From the NCBI GenBank assembly GCA_951406725.2, contig OX597828.1, positions 58,094,001-58,158,000 of the forward strand: a DNA stretch of 64,000 nt, given 5' to 3'. Position 1 is the stretch's first letter. Every line of letters begins with the position of its first letter. The notes beneath the pieces were generated by a model. The model was given only the letters and a program-made list of their open reading frames with translations, ran no database searches and was not told the origin of the DNA. Position numbers and translations under genes: made by a program. Shown here piece after piece: positions 1 to 36,770 of this stretch. The DNA is from Octopus vulgaris. Lineage: Eukaryota.

Positions 1-925
1 ACGTGGCAGCGAAGTAGTCGTGGGCGTAGAAAAAGTTGTGTGCATGGCGAACTTCAGGACCGCATGATCACTCTTGGCAAGAGGGGCGCACACAGATACG
101 TCTGACACTGATCTTGGATAGCGGGAGAATACCAGATCTAGCATAGATGGCTGCTGCCCAGACCGATGCCTTGTCGGATATTCAACATGTTGCGATAGAA
201 AACAATCTTCAGCCACGTCAAGAAGGGCCTGGCCGAAACGGGAAGATGTTGTACAAATTGATGCGGGCCAATCGATCGTGGGAGCGTTGAAGTCTCCTAG
301 TACCAAACATTCATGCGAAGCTGAAACGAATCTTATCGCTTCGAGTAAATGAGTATCGTCCTGGGGGTCGGCAAGAGGCGGCCTGTAGACAGCCAACACG
401 GGCAGGCAAAACTCAGATAGGCTCAGCTTGCAATAGACGGCATCGAATTTTGTTGTAGGTTGAGCATTAGTGGGTAGAATACCGCTGGACGGTTTGTGCT
501 CAGACTTAACATACACAGCAACACCTCCACCTCGCCTTTTTCCTCTGTCACATCTGAAAAGGTCGTAGCCCTGCAGGTGGATTTCTGAGTCCTTTACTGC
601 TGGAGTCAGCCAAGTCTCGGTGATAGCTATCACATCAGGGGAGTCACGTATGGCCAGTGTAAATAGTTCACTGAACTTTGGGAATAAGGAGCACGAGTTG
701 GTGTAGACGATGCTGAGCTGTGAAGTCTGACGGGCGGGAGTTGGGGAACAAGCAGAATAAGGGGTATCAGAGATAGCGTCGTTGACGGGGGTATCAACTT
801 CACTTCGATTTGCCCTCACATCACTTTCCCTGTCAGCACTACAGCATGGGACCAGAGGTAGGACTTAATTATCTGTCCATCTTGGATTCGTAAACCCTTC
901 TCTCCCATTTGTTTCCTCATCTTTA
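1..925 (-). mobile_element. CR1/L2-type LINE, 5'-truncated: ORF1 tail plus open ORF2 APE endonuclease running off the window start
   Basis: The minus frame is open from 864 to <1 and reads SIVYTN, DVIAITETWL, GYDLFRCDR..RGGGVAVYV, VYRPP, LGDFNAPTIDW, LDLVF, SDH, which are the APE motifs. An overlapping frame reads LKMRKQMGEKGLRIQDGQIIK...* (stop 818-816), resembling an ORF1 C-terminus. Confidence 0.9.
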
Positions 926-1035
926 GTTCGGATATAATTGCTTACAACTGTTTGGAGAGTAATTACTGCATATAAATATATAATATACTTTCAGAACTCT
1001 CGTTTGAAATATGTCTGAATTATCTATTCTTGCAG

Positions 1036-24280
<23,245 letters not shown>

Positions 24281-24301
24281 TGTAAATTATTGCTAAATTT
24301 G

Positions 24302-24307
24302 AATAAA
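24302..24307 (+). promoter_or_regulatory. Candidate polyadenylation signal AATAAA
   Basis: Lies 21 nt after the cadherin stop codon. Confidence 0.45.
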
Positions 24308-24612
24308 TCCCCAACCACATTGACAATTATAATTACCCACTTCTACGAGGTCATTAATTAAAAATCTACGATCGAAACAATTATATACGTAAAGGTTTTA
24401 CAGCTGACCATTAAAATGTTTGCCGTTAGGATGTTTATAAACTGAAGTTTTCAAACAAACACACATTGCACGCACGCACCCACGCACACCCAAATACATG
24501 TGCACACGTCCATACTTATATATAAGCAATCATGTGTGTGTGTTCTGTAAAACAAGGACAAACGCCTTTTTGTGCAAAGTGTTCAATACGTACTTGTCGA
24601 GTTTGGTAAAGA

Positions 24613-24687
<75 letters not shown>

Positions 24688-24936
24688 CATACATACATAT
24701 ACATATATATATATGCATAAGCATACACGTGTGCGTATATATGTGTGTGTGTGTGTGTACATAAATGTATGTATACACCTACACGTGACAAAAATGGGAA
24801 GACCATGTCTAAAACTCGGGTCAAATGAACCTTTAATAAGCAATATTTGTGTCAGAGGTCAACTACCGGGTTCTAGCTTACACTACATCTATCCATTTCA
24901 CTAATATCACACAAGACCTGCCATCACAGAAACACA

Positions 24937-24972
<36 letters not shown>

Positions 24973-25415
24973 TGTATGTACACGCACTTCATAAGCGGCT
25001 CAATAATTTTACCGTCTTCGAGTTTTTCACCATATCTGACGAGTGGAAATATCAACAATCAAAATCGAACCCTGGAAAAAATATTTCAATTGTTCAAACT
25101 ATCCTCCATTGTTTTGTTTTTTTTGTTTTTTTGTTTTTTTTAATGTACAAAGTATTGGCCTGATGAATGGGAAAAAACAATTTGTATAACGAGGTATGTT
25201 AATGAATATTGGCTTGGCTGATGCTAATGAGATTAAGAAATTATTTGGACCAACAATTCTTAGTTCCTTTTTATTATTTCTCAGCATTTTTTTTTTTTTT
25301 TGAAGTTTCGGTTTTTAATAAAATACTTCATAAAAAACTTTTAAGAGTTTTATTTCTTTTCTTTTCTATTTTTTCTAAACTGCTAAATATTTGTCTTTTA
25401 TTGTTCATTCATGTA

Positions 25416-25621
25416 CGAGAGTGTGCTGAAAATCCCTGGATTTGGGGGTTTCGCGAAAGGCCTGGTTGAAGGTCCAACCTTCCAAATTCTTTTACAGGGC
25501 TTAGAAACACTAAAGGACCGCTGCAATAAGTGTGTGAATCTGCGAGGGAAATAATGTTGCATTAAATGATTCTCCTGGTTTTTCTTTTACCCAAGACCAG
25601 GAACTTTTCAGCACGCCCTCA
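25416..25621. mobile_element. Tc1/mariner-type MITE
   Basis: TA|CGAGAGTGTGCTGAAAA...TTTTCAGCACGCCCTCA|TA. Same family as 42817-43024, in the opposite orientation. Confidence 0.75.
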
Positions 25622-25837
25622 TAAGTTTACTTGTGATGAGAAGCAGGAGACGGAACTGGGAGCTAGAACTGCAGGTACCAGAACAGTAATGTACCAGATC
25701 CAGCACTAGAAACTCAGAAAAGGAGGAACTGGTAAAAAAAAAAGGGCAAACTTGCTATTCAGATTTCGTATCTGTTCTCACCTATAGTAATGAATATTGG
25801 GTAAGAACCGATAGGGTACAATCGTTAATACAATCAA

Positions 25838-26568
25838 CCGAAATGGGGTTCCGGTTCCGCCGAAGATTCTCTGGATTAACGTCGCTCGACAAAGGTGCGT
25901 ATTTCGGATATCAGGCAGTTTCCGCAGGCCGAGTCACAATTCCACTGCCTTGAGGAGTCACAGCTCCACGTGGTTTAAAGCGAACTTCTTAACCATACAG
26001 CCATACCTGTGCCTAGCTTCTGCTATCAGACTGTGGCATCTCTTCCTATCAGCAACAAATTCCCATATGCATTGAATTCTTACACAAATGCAATCAAATC
26101 TCTTCCATAACTTTTACTCTTACAGTTATTTATTTCCTCACTTCTCTATTTTCTAAATTCGCAAGAAATAGCAGTAGTTCGCTCCAGAGCGCAAAATCTA
26201 GCTAATTTGTTAACTGATCAATGACTGTGTGTCACTTGTTTTCTGTATATTACGAGCTGAAGTGAACTACTGTTATCTCTATAGAACGAGTATCCGAAAT
26301 GGAGATCCGGTTCCGCCGAAGAATCTCTGGATTAACGTACCTCGACAGGGTGCATAGTTCGAATATCTGAGGGTTTCCCTCAGTCGGAGCCGCTACTTCG
26401 CCGCCATGAGGAGTTGCAGTTCCACGTGGTTTCAAAGCGAACTTCTTAACCATACTGCCATGCTTGTGCCTACCTTTTGCTAGCAGACTGTGGAATTTTC
26501 TTCCTATCAGCAACAATTTCCCATATGTATTGAATTCTTACATAAATGCAATCAAATCTCTTCCATAA
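25838..26568 (+). repeat. Diverged direct duplication (~270 bp; 25838-26109 and 26293-26568) of an RTE-LINE fragment, SINE scrap and flank
   Basis: Both copies run ccgaaatgg...ccgaaga.tctctggattaacgt..ctcgac through aatgcaatcaaatctcttccataa. The first part resembles the RTE ORF end (EMxFxRRISGLTxLDRV). Confidence 0.75.
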
Positions 26569-26658
26569 TTTATGGCCAACATCTCCTTCAGTTTTTGTTT
26601 CTTCACTTTATTTCCCAAACAACCAAATTCAGCTCTGCGTCCTTACATTTCAAGATGA

Positions 26659-29600
26659 CATTTCCTTCTTGGGATTATCTGAGACTATTGATATTGTCCA
26701 ACTATTTCTTCTTGGGATTATCTGAGGCTATCGATATCATCCAACTATTTCGTTCTTGGGATTATCTGAGGCTATCGATATTATCCAACTATTTCGTTCT
26801 TGGGATTATCTGAGGCTATCGATATTATCCAACTATTTCGTTCTTGGGATTATTTGAGGCTATGGATATTATCCAACTATTTCGTTCTTCGGATTATCTG
26901 AGGCTATGGATATAATACAAATATTTCGTTCTTGAGATTATCTGAGGCTATCGATGTAATACAACTATTTCGTTCTTGGGATTATCTGCGTCGATGGTTA
27001 TACTCCAACTATTTCTTTCTTGAGATTATCTGATGCTATGGATATTATCCAACTATTTCGTTCTTGGGATTATCTGAGGCGATGGATATACTCCAACTAT
27101 TTCGTTCAAAGGATTATCTGAGTGTATGGATATTATCCATCTCTTTCGTTCTTGGGATAATCTGGGGTAATGGAAAATATCCAACTAATTAATTCTTGGG
27201 ATTATCAGATTCTATTGATATTATTTAACAATTTCGTTCATGAGATTGTCTAAGGCGATGCATATTATCCAAATCTTTCGTTCTTGGGATTATGAGGCTA
27301 TGGATATTATCCAACAATTTCCTTCTTGGGATTATGAGGCTATGGATATTATCCAACAATTTCGTTCTGGGGATTATCTGAGGCGATGGGTATTATCCGA
27401 CTATTTCTTTCTTGGGATCATCTCAGACTATGGATTTTATCCAACTATTTCGATCTTGGGATTATTTACGGCAATGGATATTATCCAAATATTTCGTTTT
27501 GGGATTGTCTAAGGCTATGGATATTATCCAACTATTTCGTTCTTGGGATTATCTGATGCTATGGATATTATCCAACAATTTCCTTCTTGGGATTATGAGG
27601 CTATGGATATTATCCAACAATTTCGTTCTGGGGATTATCTGAGGCGATGGGTATTATCCAACTATTTCTTTCTTGGGATTCATCCGAGACTATGGATTTT
27701 ATCCAACTATTTCGATCTTGGGATTATTTACGGCAATGGATATTATCCAAATATTTCGTTTTGGGATTGTCTAAGGCTATGGATATTATCCAACTATTTC
27801 GTTCTTGGGATTATCTGATGCTATGGATATTATCCAACTATTTCCTTCTTGGGAGTATCTAAAGCTATGGATATTATCCAACTATTTCGTTTTTGGGATT
27901 ATCTGCGATTATGGATAATATCCAACTATTTCGTTCTTGGGATTATCTGAGGGGATGGATATACTCTAACTATTTCGTTCTTTGGATCATATGAGGCAAT
28001 GGATATTATACAACAATTTCGTTCTTGGGATTATCTGAGGCTATCGATATTATCCAACTATTTTTATCTTGGGATTATCTGAGGCTATAGATATTATCCA
28101 ATTATTTCGTTCTTTGGATTATAGAGGCTATGGATATTATCCAACGATTTCCTTCTTGGGATTATCTGCGGCTATGGATAATATCCAACTATTTCGTTCT
28201 TGGGATTATCTGAGGGGATGGATATACTCCAACTATTTCGTTCAAAGGATTATCTGGGTGTATGGATATAATCCAACTATTTCGTTCTTGAGATTATTTG
28301 AGGCTATGGATATTATCCAACTATTTCGTTCTTGGGATTTTCGGATTCTATTGATATTTTCCAACATTTTCGTTCTTGGGATTATCTGAAGCGATGGATG
28401 TTACCCAACTAATTCGTTCTTCGGATTATCTGAGACTGTGGATATTATCCAATAATTTCTTTCTTGGGATTATCTGAGGCGATGGGTATTATTCAACTGT
28501 TTCGTTCTTGGGATTATCTGAGTCTATGGATATTATCCTAATATTTCGTTCTTCAGATTATATGAGGCTATAGATATTATCCATCTATTTCGTTCTTGGT
28601 ATTCTCTGATGATATGGATATCATCCAACTATTTCGTTCCTGGGATTATCTGAGGCGATGGATATACTTCAACTATTCCGTTCTTGGGATTATCTGAGGC
28701 GATGGACATTATCCAACTATTTCGTTCTTGGGATTATCTGATGCTATGGATATTATCCAACTATTTCGTTCAAGTGATTATCTAAAACTATGGATATTAT
28801 CCAACAATTACTTTCCTGGGATTATCTGAGGCTATGGATATAATCCAAATATTTCGTTCTTGGGTTTATCTGCGGCTATGGATATTATCCAACTACATAG
28901 TTTCGGGATTATCTGAGCCTATGAATATTATCCAACTATTTCGTTCTCCGGTTTAACTGATGCTATAGATATTATCCAACTATTTTATTTTGGGATTATC
29001 TGATGCTATGGATATTATCCAACTATTTCGTTCTTGGGATTATCTCATGCTATGGATATTATCCAACTATTTTGTTTTGGGATTATCTGATGCTATGGAT
29101 ATTATCCAACTATTTCGTTCTTGGGATTATCTGATGCTGTGGATATTATCCAACTATTTCGTTCTTGGGATTATCTGATGCTATGGATATTATCCAACTA
29201 TTTCGTTCTTGGGATTTTCTGAGGCTATAGGTATAATCCAACTATTTCGTTCTTGAGATTATCTGATGCTATGGATATTATCCAACTATTTCGTTCTTGG
29301 GATTATCTGATGCTATGGATATTATCCAACTATTTCGTTCTTCGGATTATCTGATGCTATGGATATTATCCAACTATTTCGTTCTTGGGATTAACTGAAG
29401 CTAAAGGTATGATCCAACTATTTCGTTCTTGAGATTATCTGATGCTATGGATATTATCCAACTATTTCTTTCTTGGGATTATCTGAGGCTATGGATAATA
29501 TCCAACTATTTCGTTCTTGGGATTATCTGCGGCTATGGATATTATCCAACTACATCGTTTTCGGGATTATCTGACCCTATGAATATTATCCATCTATTTC

Positions 29601-32600
29601 GTTCTCGGGTTTATCTGAGGCGATGGATATTATCCAACTGTTTCGTTCTTCGGATTATCTGATGCTATGGATATTATCCAACTATTTCGTTCTTCGGATT
29701 ATCTAAAACTATGGATATTATCCAACAATTTCTTTCTTGGGATTATCTGAGGCTATGGATATAATTCAAATATTTCGTTCTTGGGATTATCTGCGGCTTT
29801 GGATATTATCCAACTACATCGTTTCGGTATTATCTGAGCCTATGAATATTATCCAACTATTTCGTTCTCGGGTTTATCTGATGCTATGGATATTATCCAA
29901 CTATTTTGTTTTGGGATTATCTGATGCTATGGGTATTATCCAACTATTTCGTTCTTGGGATTATCTGATGCTATGGATACTATCCAACTATTTCGTTCTT
30001 GGGATTATCTGATGCTATGGATATTATCCAAGTATTTTGTTTTGGGATTATCTGATGCTATGGATATTATCCAACTATTTCGTTCTTGGGATTATCTGAT
30101 GCTATGGATATTATCCAACTATTTCGTTCTTGGGATTATCTGATGCTATGGATATTATCCAACTATTTCGTTCTTGGGATTATCTGAGGCTATAGGTATA
30201 ATCCAACTATTTCGTTCTTGGGATTATCTGATACTATGGATATTATCCAACTGTTTTGTTCTTGTGGATATCTGATGCTCTGGATATTATCCAACTATTT
30301 TGTTTTGGGATTATCTGATGCTATGGATATAATCCAACTATTTCGTTCTTGAGATTATCTGATGCTATGGATATTATCCAACTATTTCGTTCTTGAGATT
30401 ATCTGATGCTATGGATATTATCCAACTATTTCGTTCTTCGGATTATCTAAAACTATGGATATTATCCAACAATTTCTTTCTTGGGATTATCTGAGGCTAT
30501 GGATATATCCAACTATTTCGTTCTTGGGATTATCTGCGGCTATGGATATTATCCAACTACATCGTTTCGGGATTATCTGACCCTATGAATATTATCCATC
30601 TATTTCATTCTCGGGTTTATCTGAGGCGATGGATATTATCCAACTATTTCGTTCTTGGGATTATCTGATGCTATGGATATTATCCAACTATTTCGTTCTT
30701 GGGATTATCTGAGGCTATAGGTATAATCCAACTATTTCGTTCTTGGGATTATCTGATACTATGGATATTATCCAACTGTTTTGTTCTTGGGGATATCTGA
30801 TGCTATGGATATTATCCAGCTATTTTGTTTTGGGATTATCTGATGCTATGGATATATCCAACTATTTCGTTCTCGGGATTATCTGATGCTATGGATATTA
30901 TCCAACTATTTCGTTCTTGAGATTATCTGATGCTATGGATATTATCCAACTATTTCGTTCTTCGGATTATCTAAAACTATGGATATTATCCAACAATTTC
31001 TTTCTTGGGATTATCTGAGGCTATGGATATAATCCAAATATTTCGTTCTTGGGATTATCTGCGGCTATGGATATTATCCAACTACATCGTTTCGGGATTA
31101 TCTGACCCTATGAATATTATCAATCTATTTCGTTCTCGGGTTTATCTGAGGCGATGGATATTATCCAACTATTTCGTTCTTTGGATTATCTGATGCTATG
31201 GATATTATCCAACTACATCGTTTCGGGATTATCTGAGCCTATGAATATTATCCAATCGGGTTTATCTGATGCTATGGATATTATCCAACTATTTTGTTTT
31301 GGGATTATCTGATGCTATGGATATTATCCAACTATTTCGTTCTTGGGATTATCTGATGCTATGGATATTATCCAACTATTTCGTTCTTCGGATTATCTGA
31401 TGCTATGGATATTATCCAACTATTTCGTTCTTGGGATTATCTGAGGCTATAGGTATAATCCAACTATTTCGTTCTTGAGATTATCTGATGCTATGGATAG
31501 TATCCAACTATTTCGTTCTTGGGATTATCTGATGCTATGGATATTATCCAACTATTTCGTTCTTCGCATTATCTAAAACTATGGATATTATCCAACAATT
31601 TCTTTCTTGGGATTATCTGAGGCTATGGATATAATCCAAATATTTCGTTCTTGGGATTATGTGCGGCTATGGATATTATCCAACTACATCGTTTCGGGAT
31701 TATCTGAGCCTATGAATATTATCCAACTATTTCGTTCTCGGGTTTATCTGATGCTATGGATATTATCCAACTATTTTGTTTTGGTATTATCTGATGCTAT
31801 GGATATTATCCAACTCTTTCGTTCTTGGGATTATCTGATGCTATGGATATTATCCAACTATTTTGTTTTGGGATTATCTGATGCTATGGATAATATCCAA
31901 CTATTTCTTTCTTGGGAGTATCTGAGACTATGGATATTATCCAACTATTTCGTTCTTTTGATTACCTCAGGCTATGGATATTATCCAACTATTTTGTTTT
32001 GGGATTATCTGATGCTATTGATATTATCCAACTATTTCGTTCTTGGGATTATCTGATGCTATGGATATTATCCAACTATTTCGTTCTTCGGATTATCTGA
32101 TGCTATGGATATTATCCAACTATTTCGTTCTTGGGATTATCTGAGGCTATAGGTATAATCCAACTATTTCGTTCTTGAGATTATCTGATGCTATGGATAT
32201 TATCCAACTATTTCGTTCTTGGGATTATCTGATGCTATGGATATTATCCAACTATTTCGTTCTTCAGATTATCTAAAACTATGGATATTATCCAACAATT
32301 TCTTTCTTGGGATTATCTGAGGCTATGGATATAATCCAAATATTACGTTCTTGGGATTATCTGCGGCTATGGATATTATCCAACTACATCGTTTCGGGAT
32401 TATCTGAGCCTATGAATATTATCCAACTATTTCGTTCTCCGGTTTATCTGATGCTATGGATATTATCCAACTATTTTGTTTTGGTATTATCTGATGCTAT
32501 GGATATTATCCAACTCTTTCGTTCTTGGGTTTATCTGAGGCGATGGACATACTCCAACTATTTCGTTCTTGGGATTATCTGATGCTATGGATATTATCCA

Positions 32601-32704
32601 ACAATTTCCTTCTTGGGTGTATCTGAGACTATGGATATTATCCAACTATTTCGTTCTGTGGATTACCTCAGGCTATGGATATTATCCAACAATTTTATTC
32701 CTTG
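26659..32704. repeat. 44-bp tandem satellite, ~137 monomers
   Basis: Consensus GGATTATCTGA(T/G)GCTATGGATATTATCCAACTATTTCGTTCTTG. The period is 44 (ggg at 26714 and 26758), with 42- and 43-bp variants and no spacers. Confidence 0.97.
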
Positions 32705-33183
32705 TTGTTCTCACATTTGTACGAAAATAGGATTCTTCTATTTGATAAATGCTTTGAAAAGTTTCCTTTCAAAGCTACTTCAAACTATCGCTGAGGTTGA
32801 TGAGAGATTTCAACTTTATGCTGAATATTCGGCTTGAAGCTGGATTGACTGGCTTTTGAGCATTCTGTTGGCTCTCTGATAACAAGTGTAACCAATCTGT
32901 GCACTATTATGGAATCCTGTGTCTGTGTGCGCGCGCCTGTGTGTGTGAGTGTCTTTATGTCTGTCTGTTTGTCTTTCTGTGCGTTTGCGTCTGTGTGCAC
33001 GTATGTATTTTTATATGTATGTATGTATGTATGTATATGTGTGTATGTATGTATGTACGTATGTATGTATGTATGTATGTGTGTATGTGTGCATGTGTGT
33101 GTGTATGTGTGTATGTGTGCATGTGTGTATGTATGTATGTATGTATGTATGTATGTATGTATGTATGTATGTATGTATGTGGA

Positions 33184-33506
33184 AGGCGCGTGGCTTAGTG
33201 GTTAGGGGTATTCGGCTCATGATCGTAAGGTCGTGAGTTCAATTCCCGGCGGCGAGTTGTGTTCTTGAGCAAGACACTCTATTTCACGTTGCTACAGTCC
33301 ACTCACCTGGCAAAAATGAGTTTTACCTGTATTTCAAAGGGCCAGTCTTGTCATACTCTGTGTCACGCTGAATCGCCCCGAGAACTACGTTAAGAGTACA
33401 CGTGTCTGTGGAGTACTCAGCTATTTGCACGTTAATTTCACGAGCAAGCTGTTCCGTTGAACGTATCAGCTGGGACCCTCGTCGTCGCAACCGACGGAGT
33501 GCTCCT
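33184..33506 (+). mobile_element. SINE family C (tRNA-like head with A/B boxes) inserted in a (TATG)n tract
   Basis: ggcgcgtggcttagtggttagg...gagttcaattcccgg...ttgagcaagacact...tccactca. Relatives at ~13525, 20497, 44690-44940(-), 50610(-), 57460(-). Confidence 0.8.
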
Positions 33507-33989
33507 GTATGTATGTATGTATGTATGTATGTATGTATGTATGTATGTATGTATGTATGTATGTATGTATGCACGTGCATACATATTCGTTATTAACGAA
33601 GGAAGCCATTTTTGTTCAGAATGCCATTCTGTACATCTTCCTTAACGTGAATGCACTGTAGCAAGCCTCAAGCTGCAGTATTCGTTTTTGATAAAGTATC
33701 TCGTATAGACATAATACGAAAAGATTAAATCAGGCGAAAAGCATCCGACGTCGACGGTGGATTTGCTAAATCTGAGTTTCTGCATTTTTTGTGCGTCATC
33801 GGTCGCAGCTTTCCACTACCAACAGCAAGTTTAGACAAATTTCACAAATTTAACAATTCACTGATTTCACAAACAGCTGACGGCCTGAGTAATAGCTAAT
33901 AGTCAGCTACAAAAGAATTATTATTTCAGGTTAGTATGATACTACGAGATGCTTTCTAAAGATGAATACCACAATGTTGCTTCTACATA

Positions 33990-36104
33990 AATACATACAC
34001 TTTGTTTTTTGTTTTGTTTTGTTGTTGTTGTTTTTGCTCATTATTCCGAAGGGAATGGCTTAAGATGCCAGCTTTTACTAAGTGGTTGTATGAAGTACCT
34101 AGTGACCAATCTAAAGCACATTGCAGATATTGTAGATGTAATATGTTGGCAAAATATTCTCTTTTAGTAAGCCACTGTGAAGCAAAGAAGCATAAGGCAT
34201 CAAGTACACAGCAAATGATTCCTCTTACCAATTTTATTAAAACCAAAGATGATAAAGACATCTCTGCTTGAAGCAAATTTAGCAATTTTCATTTATTGCC
34301 ACTCATCATTTAATAGATGTAATCACTTAATAGAGTTATGTAAGAATTATATGTCTGATAGTGATATTATGTCAAAAGTGAAGTTGTATCGTAAAAAATG
34401 TGCAAATATTGTGAGAAATGTTCTAGCTCCATATTTTGATGGAGATTTGATTCCTGATACAGGAGATAGAAAATTTAGCCTGTTATTAGATGAATCCAAT
34501 GATATATCGATAAACAAGTTGTTAGGGATTGTTATCATATATTACAAATACACTCACCAATAAAGTGGTACATACCTATCTCAGTATGGTATCTTTAGAA
34601 ACGTGATGCGGATGGCATTAAAAACTGAATTAGTGAAAAAGAAATTAGATATAAAAAAATTTACTGGAACTGACAATGCTAGAGTAATGATAGGAGTCAA
34701 CAATGGTGTTTTCCAGAAATTAAAAGAAGTTCCATCATTACTTCTATTTAGATATATATGTCATTCTTTACGGTTGGCAGTATCCCATACTTGTGCTGAA
34801 TGCTTGCCCATGAATTTAGAATTTTTAGTATCCGAAACCTATAAATAGTCCTCTCATTCTTCAACAAGACAAAGTGCCTACAAACAACTTTACCTTGCTA
34901 TCAATGCTAAAGAGCTTTTGAAAATTTTGAATTTTTGTACAACTAGGTGGCCATCAATAGAACCAGCTGTAAATAGAATTTTAAGCCAATGGTTTGAATT
35001 GCAAACTCACTTCCAAACTACAATTACAAAAGAAAAATGCTTTACAGCACAAATGTTACATGAAATATTTTGTGGTTCTAAGAATGAACTTTACCTTTTA
35101 TTTTTGCATCCAATTTTAAAACATGTTTAGGAAGAGAATAAACTGTTTGAATCAAACACTGTCGACAAAACAAAATTACTTGAAGATCTTTCAAATTTGA
35201 TCAAATCGGTTGCTAATATGATAGTGTTGCCAACAGGTAGAATTGATCCTCTGGATCCTCTTCTACTGAAAAGTTTCTGGATCCTAAACCAAATTTAGGC
35301 TACAGGTTCGAGCGAAAGGTAGCAGAAATGATTATCAAGAAGACTGTAACAGCCATCAAAGAAAATAATATTCGCAAAAATTTTTACTCTGCTTTTATAA
35401 AAAGCTCAAGCACTGTTAGCCAGGAAATATTAATATACTGAGGAATATCAAATGTTTTTCAGTAGAGAATATTTTGCAGCATTTCAAAGAGCCAATTTTA
35501 CCTGTCTTAGAATCAATGCATTTAAATGAAGAAAAAATTGCTTCAATTGAAATTCAGTTTAATAGCATTCATTAAAGTTAATACTGAGGCATTCTGGCTG
35601 CAAATCTTGGAATATAAAGATGCTACTGGAGGAAATCCTTTTAGAGATGTTGCAAATTTTTGCCATAAATTTATTGACATTGCCAAACTCAAATGCAGAA
35701 GTTGAACAGTTGTTCAGTAGTATGGGTGTAATCAAATCAAAATTGAAAAACAAAATGCATCTTCCCATGCTGTCAATAAAATATGGCCTGAAAAGATATG
35801 GCAAATGTTGCAAAAACTTCGATATTCCAAAGCACATAATTAACAAGACTGGGACCTTGAATGTATACAGAAGTCAAGACCTAGGCACTGCAGCTGAATG
35901 TGATTAAATCAGTGAAATTCAAGAAATTATTTCTCAATGCTGAATATTATTAAAGAAAGTAAATAAAAATGTAAATAAAAATGAAGTTTTTTGATATAAT
36001 TAGTCTTTAGCATTTTTTGTCATATTTAGAATTTTTTAGCATTTTGGGAATATTTTTTCTACTGAAATTTAGCATAAAATTCTGATTTTAAGTTGGTAAC
36101 ACAG
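33990..36104 (+). mobile_element. Decayed hAT DNA transposon (transposase pseudogene, right TIR retained)
   Basis: Fragments in order: zinc finger (W..AHCRYC..H..KKH), FSLLLDESND, TDNARVMIG..ICHSL, TRWPS, LPNSNAEVEQLFS. There are many stops and frameshifts, tttagcat subterminal repeats, and agttggtaacacag at 36091-36104. Confidence 0.9.
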
Positions 36105-36727
36105 ATTTGGACCAATCACAGAGTAGTAACCCGGCAGCCATTTTTATTTTAAAACACCAGAATCCATCTTCTAGCTCTTGGCTTGCCTCCGGAGAAAACA
36201 ACTTGTCTTTCTCCACAACTTAACTTTCTATGTCTCGCATCCACAGTACAAACCAATCTGCCGCTCTCCTTCTTCAAATAGCACAGAATTGGTTGTGTCA
36301 AAGCATGAGAGACATTAAGTTAAATCATTTACTTACAACGTACAGCATCTACTTTTTCTTTTCAGGCCTGTCACATAAACGTTTCCGATAGTATAAATTA
36401 ACCAGCTAACTTTGTAAAATACGAACGTATATGTATGCACATTTTCCAAAACGCATTTGCGTACATTTTTCGAATGATGCATTTAATTGTAAACTGGTGT
36501 ACTCTTTTGCTTGAATTATTGTCCTAAATTCTATGGTATTTAACTTCCACTGAATTATGATCGTCAAGCGTGTTTAGCTTCGGTAATATGGTAAAGAATG
36601 GAAAATTTGATGCGTAATTTATTACTGTTATCATGTCAGAACATTTCATAGATTTTTAGTTTTATAAAAAGATTATTTGAAATAGAATGTCATGTTATAT
36701 GTTATGTGTGTATGTGCGTGTGTGTGT

Positions 36728-36770
<43 letters not shown>

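Noticed and set aside
26659-32704. CRISPR array or coding repeat
   Set aside because: The monomers are contiguous with no unique spacers, there are no cas genes, and the context is eukaryotic. The 44-bp period is not a multiple of 3 and the frames hit frequent stops.
33184-33250. tRNA gene
   Set aside because: The A/B-box head continues into a SINE body and recurs as diverged copies; there is no complete cloverleaf.
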